From the NCBI GenBank assembly GCA_963771465.1, contig CAVYTU010000011.1, positions 192,001 through 256,000 of the forward strand: a stretch of DNA of 64,000 nt, given 5' to 3'. This document shows positions 1 through 9,258 of the stretch, piece by piece (the stretch's first letter is position 1; every line of letters begins with the position of its first letter). The DNA is from an uncultured delta proteobacterium (GTDB lineage Bacteria > Desulfobacterota > Binatia > UBA9968). Below the pieces are notes generated by a model. The model saw nothing but the letters and a program-made list of their open reading frames with translations. It had not been told where the DNA came from and searched no databases. The position numbers and the translations under genes are program-made.

Positions 1-778
1 CGGCTAGCGCCTTCTGCGCTCGATTGGCCGCATCTCGTTTGGCCGCCGCGAGGTTAATCGCCGCCTTGCGCTGCGCTTCTTCCTGCGCCCGGCGAGCTTT
101 GCTTTCCGCTTCTTCCTTCTCTGCTTTTTCGCGAATGACTTTCGCTTGCGCGGCCTTTTCCTGCGCGATCCGTGCTTCCTCTGCTTGGCGTTGTCCGTCA
201 GCTTCCAATCGCAAATTTTCCGCTTGCCTGTCGTACCAATGCCAAACCCCAGCAGCGCCGAGAGCTAGGAACGTCATCAGTAGGCTGACGGCAACTTTCT
301 TAGTAAACCAGCTTTCCCGTTTGACGATCGGTTTCAACACTGCCGCCAAACGCCGGCAGTCATCAGCCCAGCGGACGTCGCTCAACTCATAGGTTTGACG
401 ACGGACGAGCGGCTTAATATCCTCCGGCAAGTCGTCGCCGTTCGGCAGCGCGGCGTTGCCCACCAGAGTGGGAATCACGCGAATGTTGCGTTTGAGGGCG
501 CCGACGATCTCTAGCCTGGTAAAATCCTTGGGGTCGTCCAACCGCCGTTGTCCGTCGCTGTTTGCCGCGGTAAGCCAGTGGGGACCGATGATGGCGATCA
601 AGACATCGCATGAGCTGACAGCGGTTTCTATGTAAGTATCGAACTCGACTCCCGGCGGAATGTCCTCTATGTCGCGAAAGATATTGACCCGGCCAAGTTC
701 GGCTTTGAGCGAATCGGATAAACGACCCGCCCAGCCTTCGGAGTCGGAGCGGCGATAGCTGATGAAAATACCGGACAT
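1..778 (-). CDS. TIR_2-domain protein with transmembrane helix and coiled-coil; runs off the window start (partial)
   Basis: Manual translation from ATG at 778: MSGIFISYRRSDSEGWAGRLSDSL...FRDIEDIPPGVEF...DVLIAIIGPHW...RLDDPKDFTRLEIVGALKRNIRVIP, then hydrophobic VAVSLLMTFLALGAAGVW and an E/A/K/R-rich coil. Absent from the ORF track because there is no stop in the window. Confidence 0.9.
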   Translation of the reverse strand, partial: MSGIFISYRRSDSEGWAGRLSDSLKAELGRVNIFRDIEDIPPGVEFDTYIETAVSSCDVLIAIIGPHWLTAANSDGQRRLDDPKDFTRLEIVGALKRNIRVIPTLVGNAALPNGDDLPEDIKPLVRRQTYELSDVRWADDCRRLAAVLKPIVKRESWFTKKVAVSLLMTFLALGAAGVWHWYDRQAENLRLEADGQRQAEEARIAQEKAAQAKVIREKAEKEEAESKARRAQEEAQRKAAINLAAAKRDAANRAQKALA

Positions 779-1061
779 GGGACTCAACCAGCAATGCGAA
801 GTTGCTGGCGAAACTCACGGCAAAAATTTGACTGCGATATTTGCAATTATCGCATACACACGGGCAGCTGAACAGGCAAAAATCATTTACACACGGGATG
901 GGATCGCGAAAGCTAGCGATGTTCGAACGGTATTCAGCGAACTTGCTTTGCTCCCGGCTGATTGCGCTCCTCGTTTCCATTGGTGTTGCCTTACGCTGCG
1001 CGGTTGACAGCCATTGCAGCGCGGTGATAGCCAAAGTCGTTATCATAGAGGAGAATCCGCC

Positions 1062-1826
1062 ATGGGCTTATTGGACGGCAAAGTGGTGATCGTCACCGGC
1101 GGCGGGCATGGTATCGGCAAAGCCTACTGTTTGGGCATCGCTCGCGAAGGTGGCACCGCAGTCGTCGCCGATATCGACGAGAAAGCGGCGGACGGTGTGG
1201 CGAAGGCGGTCAAAGACAGCGGCGGCAAGGCGCTAGCGACCCAAGTCGACGTGGCGAACTTCGCCAGCTGTCAGGAAATGGCAAAGAAAACGCTCGATGG
1301 TTTCGCCAAAGTCGACGGCTTGATCAACAACGCGGCGATCTTCATGAGCGTGCCGGCGGAAAAGGGCGGTTGGCAGGAGATCAGCGAAGAGGCGTGGGAT
1401 CGCATCATGGCGGTCAACGTCAAGGGACTGTGGCTGTGCAGCAAGGCCGTGGTGCCGGCGATGCAGCAACGCCAGCAGGGCAGCGTCGTCAATATTTCCT
1501 CCAACATGGCGTTCAACGGCGGTTTGACGATGATGCACTACGTGACGTCGAAAGCCGCGGTAGTTGGGTTTAGCCGCGTGCTCGCGCGCGAACTCGGTCC
1601 GGACAATATTCGCGTAAACACACTGGCGCCGGGCGCGACGATGAGCGAGGAAAAGGCGACCGACGATGCGCTCAAGAACTACCAGCGTTCGGCGTCGACG
1701 CGCATTCTCAAACGCATCGAGCAGCCGGAAGATTTAGTCGGCACGGCACTTTATCTGTTGTCGGATTTGAGTACGTTCGTGACCGGGCAAACCATTTTGG
1801 TGAATGGCGGAGCGGTGCTGCATTAG
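1062..1826 (+). CDS. SDR-family NAD(P)-dependent oxidoreductase (FabG-like)
   Basis: TGGGHGIG, NNAA and YVTSK motifs; GAGGAG RBS before ATG 1062. Confidence 0.93.
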   Translation: MGLLDGKVVIVTGGGHGIGKAYCLGIAREGGTAVVADIDEKAADGVAKAVKDSGGKALATQVDVANFASCQEMAKKTLDGFAKVDGLINNAAIFMSVPAEKGGWQEISEEAWDRIMAVNVKGLWLCSKAVVPAMQQRQQGSVVNISSNMAFNGGLTMMHYVTSKAAVVGFSRVLARELGPDNIRVNTLAPGATMSEEKATDDALKNYQRSASTRILKRIEQPEDLVGTALYLLSDLSTFVTGQTILVNGGAVLH

Positions 1827-1836
1827 CAATGCTTTA

Positions 1837-1892
1837 GAGTCGAGCGTCTCGGGTTTGGGGTTAACTTTAAACCCAAGACTCCAAACGCCAGA
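1837..1892. repeat. 7-bp-periodic imperfect palindromic intergenic repeat
   Basis: GAGTCGA GCGTCTC GGGTTTG GGGTT ... AACCC AAGACTC CAAACGC CAGA. Confidence 0.55.
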
Positions 1893-1915
1893 GGGCGAGT
1901 TTTAAGGAGGCAAAG

Positions 1916-2998
1916 ATGGGATGGGTCGACGCTGACGCGCATGTCGTGGAAAGTCCGCTGACCTGGGATTACCTGACGCCGGCGGAAAGAAAATTTCGGC
2001 CGCAGCTTTTCAAACCGGAAGATGACAACCAGAAAGCGCACTGGGTTATCGACGGGAAAATCCGCGGTTTGTTCCGCTTCACCTTCAGCAAGGAAGATCT
2101 CGACAAAAAGTCCGCCGAGATCGGCCGCGACGTGTCGACGACGATGGCGACGCGGGATCTCGCCGACGTGATGGCGCGGATCAAGCATATGGATGAACTG
2201 GGGATCGATATCCAGGTGCTCTATACAAGCATCTTTCTCGATCAGGTCACTGAGCGCGCCGATACGGAAGTGGCGTTGTGCGGCGCCTACAATCGCTGGA
2301 TGGCGCATGTATGGAAAGAAAGTAAAGGGCGGCTGCGCTGGATGACGACTTTGCCGTTGCTCAGTATGCCGGATGCCATCGATCAATTGAAATTTGCCAA
2401 GGAGAACGGCGGTTGCGGTGTGTTCATGCGCCCGCTCGAAGGGGCACGGCAGATCAGCGATCCCTACTTCTTTCCAATATACGAGGAAGCCGAGAAGCTA
2501 AATTTCTGCATCGGCTTGCACCAAGCCAACGGTAGCGCCGCGGCGGTGGATATGATGGTCAACCCCGACGGTAGTCGAGATTTTTTCAATCAATACCGGA
2601 TTTTCAATGTCGGTGCGATGTTCCGAATTTTGAATTGTGGCATTCCTAAAAGGTTCCCCAAGCTGCGCTTCGGCTTCATCGAGACTGCGGCATCGTGGGT
2701 GCCGTGGGTGATCTACGAGCTGCGCCGTCGCCTAGACACGGTCAACAGCAAGTTGCCGAACGATTTGCTCGAACGTAGCGGCATCTTCGTCACCTGCCAG
2801 ATCGGCGACGACGTCCCGTACCTGATCAAAAACTGCATGGGGGAAAATACCTTGATGATCGGCACCGACTACGGCCATGCCGACTCTTCGACGGAGCTGG
2901 ACGCGCTTACGACGCTGAAGGACGACGGCGGCATCTCGGCTGGACAGCATAGGAAAATCGTCGAGGACAACCCGCGGGTGTTTTACGGCTTAAATTAA
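1916..2998 (+). CDS. Amidohydrolase family 2 protein
   Basis: DADAH N-terminal metal motif, MDELGID, FIETAASW, GTDYGH; AAGGAGG RBS. Confidence 0.9.
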   Translation: MGWVDADAHVVESPLTWDYLTPAERKFRPQLFKPEDDNQKAHWVIDGKIRGLFRFTFSKEDLDKKSAEIGRDVSTTMATRDLADVMARIKHMDELGIDIQVLYTSIFLDQVTERADTEVALCGAYNRWMAHVWKESKGRLRWMTTLPLLSMPDAIDQLKFAKENGGCGVFMRPLEGARQISDPYFFPIYEEAEKLNFCIGLHQANGSAAAVDMMVNPDGSRDFFNQYRIFNVGAMFRILNCGIPKRFPKLRFGFIETAASWVPWVIYELRRRLDTVNSKLPNDLLERSGIFVTCQIGDDVPYLIKNCMGENTLMIGTDYGHADSSTELDALTTLKDDGGISAGQHRKIVEDNPRVFYGLN

Positions 2999-3018
2999 GA
3001 GTCGGATTCGGAGGGCGC

Positions 3019-3046
3019 AACTACAGAAGGTACAAAGATCACTGAG
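3019..3046. repeat. Degenerate 9-bp-periodic repeat resembling the left end of the GxxExxY element
   Basis: AACTACAGAAGGTACAAAGATCACTGAG versus CACCACGAAGGACACGAAGGTCACGAAG; bracketed by two TCGGATTCGGAG copies. Confidence 0.4.
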
Positions 3047-3123
3047 AAAGAGGGTTCGGATTCGGAGAATTAGCCGCAAAGAGCGCAAAAAAATTGAATT
3101 AGTAGCTGCGACCACCTGTCGTC

Positions 3124-4110
3124 TTATTTTTTGTAGAGCTGCTTGATGAACCCCGACGCTTCGAGTTCCTGCACTAGACTCATGTCGACAAAACTTTTCG
3201 CGTCGGCAGCCGCGGCTTTCTTGTCGCGCGGCGCCATGTCGTCGAGCAATGTTTTCACACCTTCGGTGTTCGGATAGGGCACTTCGGGAAACGCGCTGTT
3301 GTAGGCGCGGTAGGCGCGTTCCAGTCCTTCGGGATCTTTGGTTTTTAGATTTTTGCCGATGAGCGATTTGGTGTCTTCCTTGTTGGTCTTGATATAGTGC
3401 AGCGCTTCGGTGAAAGCGCGCACGACTTTCTGCACTAGCGGCCGGCGTTCCTTGACGGTCTTCTCGCGCGTGACCACGGCATTGACATGATACTGGATTT
3501 TCAACGTGCCGATATCGAAGAGGTCGCGAAAGCCAAGCTTCTCGGCTTCTCTGACGAGCGGTTCACCGAGTAACGTAAACTGCGTGATGTTGTTGGCGAG
3601 CGCGGCGAGGCGCTGTGGGTTCTCGCCCGTTGCGATAATCTTTGTTTCTTTTTCTGGATCGACACCGAGACGGCGGAGCGCCAGCCGGAGCGTCATGTCG
3701 GAGGTTGTGCCCAAACGATTGACGCCGCCGATCTTGCCGTTGAGCTGCTCGATGGTCGTAATGTTGCCCAACGACACAATGTGATCGATGAACAGCGGCA
3801 AGTTGGTCGACACCATGACCGTGTCCGCGCCTGCCAGCTTCGAAGTTACCAGCGTGGCCGACGGCGCGATGATGAAATCGACTTCGCCGGTGAGCAGCGC
3901 TTGGATGACGATGGTGCTGGCGCTGATGCTGATGACTTCGGCGTTGAGGCCATTCTTCTTGAAAAATCCTTTTTGGTCGGCGACCCAAATCGGCGTGTTC
4001 GACGGGGTGCTGCCCGCCCAGGCGATGCGCATGCGTTCTTGGGCGCCGAGCGGTTTGACGACCGAGAGCACTAGAACGACGAGAACGATCAGCAAGCTCG
4101 GCTTAGCCAT
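3124..4110 (-). CDS. NitT/TauT (SsuA/THI5-like) ABC substrate-binding protein
   Basis: Signal peptide MAKPSLLIVLVVLVL; WVADQKGFFKKNGL; ending FVDMSLVQELEASGFI; AGGAGA RBS. Confidence 0.9.
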   Translation of the reverse strand: MAKPSLLIVLVVLVLSVVKPLGAQERMRIAWAGSTPSNTPIWVADQKGFFKKNGLNAEVISISASTIVIQALLTGEVDFIIAPSATLVTSKLAGADTVMVSTNLPLFIDHIVSLGNITTIEQLNGKIGGVNRLGTTSDMTLRLALRRLGVDPEKETKIIATGENPQRLAALANNITQFTLLGEPLVREAEKLGFRDLFDIGTLKIQYHVNAVVTREKTVKERRPLVQKVVRAFTEALHYIKTNKEDTKSLIGKNLKTKDPEGLERAYRAYNSAFPEVPYPNTEGVKTLLDDMAPRDKKAAAADAKSFVDMSLVQELEASGFIKQLYKK

Positions 4111-4268
4111 TGTTTCTCCTAAGGCATAATAAGGGTTGCGCGGAATATATCGCCGGGTCGATTTTACTGTCAATCCGATTCGTGATTACAGTAAAATAGT
4201 TGCCATCCCGGCGGGATCGAGATTATGATCGGTAGAACATTTTTGAGGAAGCTGTAGTAGGGAACATG

Positions 4269-4315
4269 TTCACTGCGAAAACGAAAGTTCGTGCTCTTCG
4301 AGTCTTTCGTGATGA
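4269..4315. repeat. Gene-less miniature copy of the 9-bp-periodic inverted-repeat element
   Basis: TTCACTGCGAAAACGAAAG followed by TTCGTGCTC TTCGAGTCT TTCGTGATGA; resembles the ends at 45047-45075 and 45465-45493. Confidence 0.6.
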
Positions 4316-4348
4316 GTAATAATCTGCATTTAGTTTGAGAAACTTACG

Positions 4349-5131
4349 ATGATCATCCAAGAAGAAAACGATCTATTAACGCAAACCAGCGCAGGCACTC
4401 CGTGTGGTGAATTGATGCGGCGCTATTGGCAGCCGGCAGCTTTGTCGGAGGAATTGACGGCCGATAAGCCGCTGGCGGTACAATTATTCGGCGAGGAGTT
4501 GATTTTGTTCCGCGACGGCGCGGGCAAGCCGGCTTTGATCGGACGCTATTGCGCGCATCAGGGTGTCGATATGATATACGGCCGGGTCGAGGAGGACGGG
4601 CTGCGCTGCATGTATCACGGCTGGCTTTTTGACAACTGCGGTAAAGTTGTGTTGCGCGGCGACTGGCTGCCGGAAAAAGAGCGGCGCTGGAACGTCGGGC
4701 AAGCGGCGTATCCATGCGTCGAAAACGGCGGCGTCATTTTTACCTACATGGCGCCCGGCGATCCACCGCCGCTGGCGTCATACGAAGTCTTTTCGCTGCC
4801 GGCGGAAATTCGCGCGGTCACGAAAGTGTTCCATAACAATAACTATTGGCAGGCGATCGGATTGGCCGCCGATCCGACGGCACGGCTTAGTTATTTTATC
4901 CTGCCCAATCTCATCCTGTCCCAAGCGGTGTCACCGGGCGCAGAAACCGTCGTGCGCTGGTGTGTGCCCGTCGACGATCAGTCGTATCTTGAGTATACGT
5001 ATCGATTCGTCGGGAAGTTTCCATCCGCAAGTAAGTCGCCCACTGTGGCGCATGAGGTGCTGCTCAGAGCGATGCAAGAAATGCGCGCGGAACGTCAACC
5101 CCAAGCTGAATCAACCGAGAAGACTCCCTAA
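4349..5131 (+). CDS. Rieske [2Fe-2S] protein, phthalate 4,5-dioxygenase-like N-terminus, with shortened or degenerate catalytic domain
   Basis: GTPCGELMRRYWQP; Rieske ligands CAH...CMYH; only 260 aa. Confidence 0.85.
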   Translation: MIIQEENDLLTQTSAGTPCGELMRRYWQPAALSEELTADKPLAVQLFGEELILFRDGAGKPALIGRYCAHQGVDMIYGRVEEDGLRCMYHGWLFDNCGKVVLRGDWLPEKERRWNVGQAAYPCVENGGVIFTYMAPGDPPPLASYEVFSLPAEIRAVTKVFHNNNYWQAIGLAADPTARLSYFILPNLILSQAVSPGAETVVRWCVPVDDQSYLEYTYRFVGKFPSASKSPTVAHEVLLRAMQEMRAERQPQAESTEKTP

Positions 5132-5246
5132 CGTTGGCCAGCAGCCGAGGTTGACGATCGCTACCTGTACATCGAGACCCAAAGTTGAGCCTGCTAACCC
5201 TCGCGGAATGAGTTGACGCTGGAAGAATTCCGGCGCTTTCAGAATT

Positions 5247-5999
5247 TTACCGGTTCGCGATCGGACGGTCTTGTTCCTTGCGCACGAAAATACTCGATAA
5301 TCGTAGGCGCCAAACCAGAAAGATAGCCTCGAAGATCATTCCTTTGGAAATCTTCGATTTTCCTTGCTGGCGGCCGTAGAATATTATCGGGACTTCCGAG
5401 AGCCGTCCGCCGATTTTCCACAGCCTGTAAGCCATTTCGATTAGGAATCCATAACCGTTCGTTTTCACTTGAGTGAAGTCAAAGGAGCGCAAAACGCTCG
5501 CCCGATAGCAACGAAAGCCCGTGGTCACGTCGTGCAGTGGTAAACCGGTAATCGTTTGAGCGTAGCGGTTGGCAAAACAGCTTAAAAGAACGCGCAGAAC
5601 CTCCCAATCGATAACCCTCACTCCACCGATATAGCGTGATCCGAGAACCAAATCACTGTCTGCGGCCGCCTTGAGCATGTCAGGGATTGACGCAGGATCA
5701 TGAGAGAGGTCCGCATCCATTTGCAGAATCCAGGCATAGTCTTTCTTAATGGCACTACGAAAACCCTCGATCACGGCGCTGCCGTAGCCGAGCTTTCCGG
5801 CGCGATGTATCACTGAGACATGGGTGAATTGTGTCGCCAAATCATCGGCGAGCTCTCCCGTGCCGTCAGGTGAACCATCGTCGACAAACAATATGTCTAG
5901 ATCGAGCCCGAGGTTCAAAAGCCGCCGGGTCAATTCGGAAAGATTATCCCGTTCGTTGTACGTAGGAATAATCACAACCGCGGACTCGCTGCCATTCAT
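5247..5999 (-). CDS. Polyprenol-monophosphomannose synthase (GT2, Dpm1/Ppm1-like)
   Basis: IIPTYNE, VDDGSPDGT, QMDADLSH, GSRY, GFRCYR, EVPIIF motifs. Confidence 0.92.
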   Translation of the reverse strand: MNGSESAVVIIPTYNERDNLSELTRRLLNLGLDLDILFVDDGSPDGTGELADDLATQFTHVSVIHRAGKLGYGSAVIEGFRSAIKKDYAWILQMDADLSHDPASIPDMLKAAADSDLVLGSRYIGGVRVIDWEVLRVLLSCFANRYAQTITGLPLHDVTTGFRCYRASVLRSFDFTQVKTNGYGFLIEMAYRLWKIGGRLSEVPIIFYGRQQGKSKISKGMIFEAIFLVWRLRLSSIFVRKEQDRPIANR

Positions 6000-6152
6000 C
6001 TTATGCCACCGGGAGTTATTATAAATGCCTTTGCTCATCGGCACTAGCGTTAAAACGGTGGAGCGGGCTCATTCGAATGCTCTGGGGCCCCGCCTCAACA
6101 GTCGCGGTGGCGAGTGGGCGAGCGCGGCGTGTAGATTCGCAGTGCAAGATTT

Positions 6153-7247
6153 TCAGGACACCAACTTCTTCCCGAGATTAACAAGAACTTCTTCGATGTC
6201 GTCCAGCGAGTTCCAGCGCGGTGAGCCACCCAGGTGCGGCGTGACGATAACGTTGGGAAATTCGATCAACGGATCATCGGCGTTACCGGGCTCTTCATAA
6301 AAAGTATCCAAGCCGTAACCGCCAAGGCGGCCGGACTCCAGCGCGCGACGCAAAGCGTTGCGCTCGACCAGATTGGGTTGCGAGACGTTGATAAAAAATG
6401 CTCCCGGTTTGATAGCCGAGAGTTCACGTTCACGGATGAAGTTAACCGTTGCCGAATTGCGCGGCAGATGCAGGCTGATAAAGTCCGAGCTTCCGAGCAA
6501 TTCATCCAGTTTCACATAAGTTGCCTGATACTGCCGTTCAACTTCAGCCGGCAAGCGCGTGCGCTGCGTATAAACGATAGGCATATCCAGCGCGACTGCA
6601 CGCTGCGCCAACTCTCTGCCGATCTCACCCAAGCCGACAATTCCTAATTGTCTCTGATAAAGCGTGACCATGTTGGGGATCCGTGCCCAGTTGCCATTGG
6701 GCGTGTGCGCGCGGTTATAAGTTGTCGGCTTGTAACCTGCGGCTTTGAGCTGATCGAGGCTGATGAGATTGGCGTTTTGCGTCACTTGGCGAGCCAGCGC
6801 GAGCATGAGCATGAGGCCTTGTTCCGCCGTAGAGATATTCGCCCTGCGTCGAATGGTGAGAAGTTTTGCGCCAGCGCGTTCGCATGCATCGTGATCGATG
6901 TTGCGCGTGGTGAAACCATATTTCTGCACGAATTTCAGCGGGTTTCCCGCGGCGGCGATTTCTTTGGCGCCCAAGGTTAGTTCTTCAACCACGGCGACAG
7001 TTGCGCCGGGAAGGTCCGCCAGCAATTCAGCTTGATTGTCGACCAGGCGGACGTCGGCTGGAAACAGATTTTGCGCTTGGTTGCGCAGGCGTTCACACCA
7101 TCCGCGGAAGTCCGGCAGATCGTGCAGGCAAAAATGAGCAAAGGCTTCGATGCGCTCGTCCGGCGCCGACGGGTCGAGCACCACTTGGATCAAACGCAGA
7201 AAGGTGTCGTTTTCAACGACGAATTTACGCTTAGGTGTGGATGTCAT
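6153..7247 (-). CDS. D-isomer-specific 2-hydroxyacid dehydrogenase family protein
   Basis: GIVGLGEIG Rossmann motif, SDFISLHLP, GLDTFYEEP, TPHLGG; start moved to MTSTPK. Confidence 0.88.
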   Translation of the reverse strand: MTSTPKRKFVVENDTFLRLIQVVLDPSAPDERIEAFAHFCLHDLPDFRGWCERLRNQAQNLFPADVRLVDNQAELLADLPGATVAVVEELTLGAKEIAAAGNPLKFVQKYGFTTRNIDHDACERAGAKLLTIRRRANISTAEQGLMLMLALARQVTQNANLISLDQLKAAGYKPTTYNRAHTPNGNWARIPNMVTLYQRQLGIVGLGEIGRELAQRAVALDMPIVYTQRTRLPAEVERQYQATYVKLDELLGSSDFISLHLPRNSATVNFIRERELSAIKPGAFFINVSQPNLVERNALRRALESGRLGGYGLDTFYEEPGNADDPLIEFPNVIVTPHLGGSPRWNSLDDIEEVLVNLGKKLVS

Positions 7248-7261
7248 GATCGGGACGGACG

Positions 7262-7325
7262 CACCCTCGCCTTCTCCCGCAAATGGAACCGGGGATTGAT
7301 GGGGAGTAAGAGCTAGTGGGGGATT
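7262..7325. repeat. Degenerate CCCTCTCCC/GGGAGAGGG-type palindromic intergenic repeat
   Basis: CACCCTCGCCTTCTCCCGC...GGGGATTGATGGGGAGTAAGAG; it gives the spurious N-terminal extension PPLALTPHQSPVPFAGEGEG of ORF 6153..7328. Confidence 0.4.
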
Positions 7326-7347
7326 CATAAGGGTGGGCCGAAGAGAT

Positions 7348-7881
7348 CTAACCTGCCGCTGGTTCGGGGTCGACTTTCAACGCTTTCAAAAATCTCGTCA
7401 GCATATTGTAGGCTCCGACGAGCATGGATAGCTCGACGGTTTGGCGTTGGCTGAAATGTTTTCTTACTTCGTCAAAAACGGCGTCTGAGACGTCGATCTC
7501 GCGCGTCATGGCATCCGTGTAGGCAAGCAGAGCGCGCTGCGGCGCACTAAATAATTTCGCGGCTGCCAATCGCGATCGCTGAGACTTGTTCCGGTGTGAG
7601 CCCTTCCTTCAACGCATACGCTGGTCCGTGCGCTTGCTGGACATACTCCACGTTGTTAAGAATCGCTACACGGATAACCGCGATCTCGCGACTTTGGCCG
7701 TCGATCTCAGTGCCGTAGCGCACGGCTTGATTCAGATCGAACCAAGCATGGCCAGCGCCGGGCTGTGCAACATCAGCCGATAGATGTTAATCAGCCGACC
7801 GCCGCGCGCGCCTTTGATCTTGGCGATGGAGTCGGCGAGTTCGGGATGTTCGGTTTCCTCTAATAGCGGTACACGTGCCAT
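7348..7881 (-). CDS. Carboxymuconolactone decarboxylase/AhpD-like protein, broken by frameshifts
   Basis: MARVPLLEETEHPEL...IYRLMLHSPALA / WFDLNQAVRYGTEIDGQSREIAVIRVAILNNVEYVQQAH / FSAPQRALLAYTDAMT...VELSMLVGAYNMLTRFL; shifts near 7750 and 7560-7575. Confidence 0.8.
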
Positions 7882-8015
7882 AAGATGGCCTTCGGAAATT
7901 TGCCGCTTATTCTTAGCTCAATGGCGGGAAATATCTATTCGCTAACAAGATTGCTCTTTCCCCGCGACGCAGTGAACGGATTCGGATATACTACGCCCAA
8001 GACGAGCGATGAGCT

Positions 8016-9241
8016 ATGGAATCCGCGAGCATGGAGCGAGTACAGCGTTGGAACAATCGGTTAATGGCAGTCGCGATTGGCCTGGTTCTGGCAATGACGG
8101 CGCTGACGGTCAGACACTGGTACAGCACCTTTCAGTACGGCTACCCACCGTGTGACGATTGCAGATCCGACTTTCCTTGTTTTTATGCCGCCGCCAAATT
8201 AATTTGGCAGTCGCCTTCGGCGCTTTATGATGACGCGAGTCAGCTGGCGATCCAAAAAATAATCGACCCTCGAATAGGCGACTCGATCTTACCTTTTACC
8301 TATCCTCCCTTTACCGCCGTTGTGTATATGCCTCTCGGTTGGTTGCCGTTTCCAGCAGCGTTTCTAGGGATCACGGTTATTAACTTAATGCTGTTGGGTT
8401 TTTCCTTAAGATTACTCATCGCAAGGCTCCAACTAACGCGCCAACAATCAACCTGGTTAATATTGAGTGGGCTGTGCAATTTCGGCGTGCATAGCGTGCT
8501 CCTCCAAGGCCAGACCTCGTTGATCGTCTTAACGTTGCTTGCAAGCTTTTCGCGTCCAGTCAAAACCATCGCCAAATCGGTGCCGGGCTGTCGGCGGGCT
8601 TACTTTTTATTAAGCCCCAATTGCAACTTATTCCATTCATCATACTCATAAGTCGACGCTGGTGGCGCGCCCTGGTGATCGCTTCGATAACGGCGGCTGC
8701 GCTGGCGGTTTTTTCGGTCCTGCTCGTCGGCTTGCCGGCCATCCTGGAGTACATAAAGTTATTGAATACTTACATGACGAAGGAACATGGTTACGGCAGT
8801 TATCCGGAATCGATGCAAAATCTACGGGCATTGGCGCAGTATCTGGTACCGTATTCCTGGGCGGCTCCATTATGGATTGCTTTAACTGTGCCTGTGGTCG
8901 CGGGGTTATGTCTGCTCAACGCAAAACTTGGCGACGATTCGAAGATCGCCGACGTGCAGTGGATCGGAAATTTTGTCGCGGGCGTCCTGATCACGCCGCA
9001 TTTTAACCCGCATGATCTCGCGGTTCTGATCGTGCCGACAGCTTTTGCCTTTAAGACTTTGGTGACCATGTGCCAGCGCGGTTAATCTTGCTGTGATCGC
9101 ACGGGCATTTATCCACTTCTGGCGTTGGTGTCGGCACACCATTTGCCGCCACTAGTTCCGGTTGTCTTCTTGGTGATTCTTTGCCTCTGTGTTCGCTCGG
9201 TACGACGAGGTGCGCTGAAGATGATCGGCTGCGCGGTGTGA
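8016..9241 (+). CDS. Glycosyltransferase family 87 (DUF2029) membrane protein, frameshifted
   Basis: DFPCFYAAA, FTYPPF, LQGQTS, then IKPQL and TPHFNPHD in other frames; several apparent single-base deletions at about 8550 and 9060-9140. Confidence 0.8.
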
Positions 9242-9258
9242 TAGGCTCAAGCTGAAAT

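Noticed and set aside
24-1046. ORFs 24..392 (+) and 414..1046 (-)
   Set aside because: They are shadows of the real minus-strand TIR gene, which lies in another frame.
5126-5191. Possible integron attC site (CCCTAAC ... GTTGAGC) after the Rieske gene
   Set aside because: The R boxes are not complementary, there is no L-box pairing, and no integrase or cassette array is present.
7728-7734. TGA in the CMD/AhpD gene as a second selenocysteine
   Set aside because: The TGA arises only after a frameshift; the homologous frame reads WFDLNQ.
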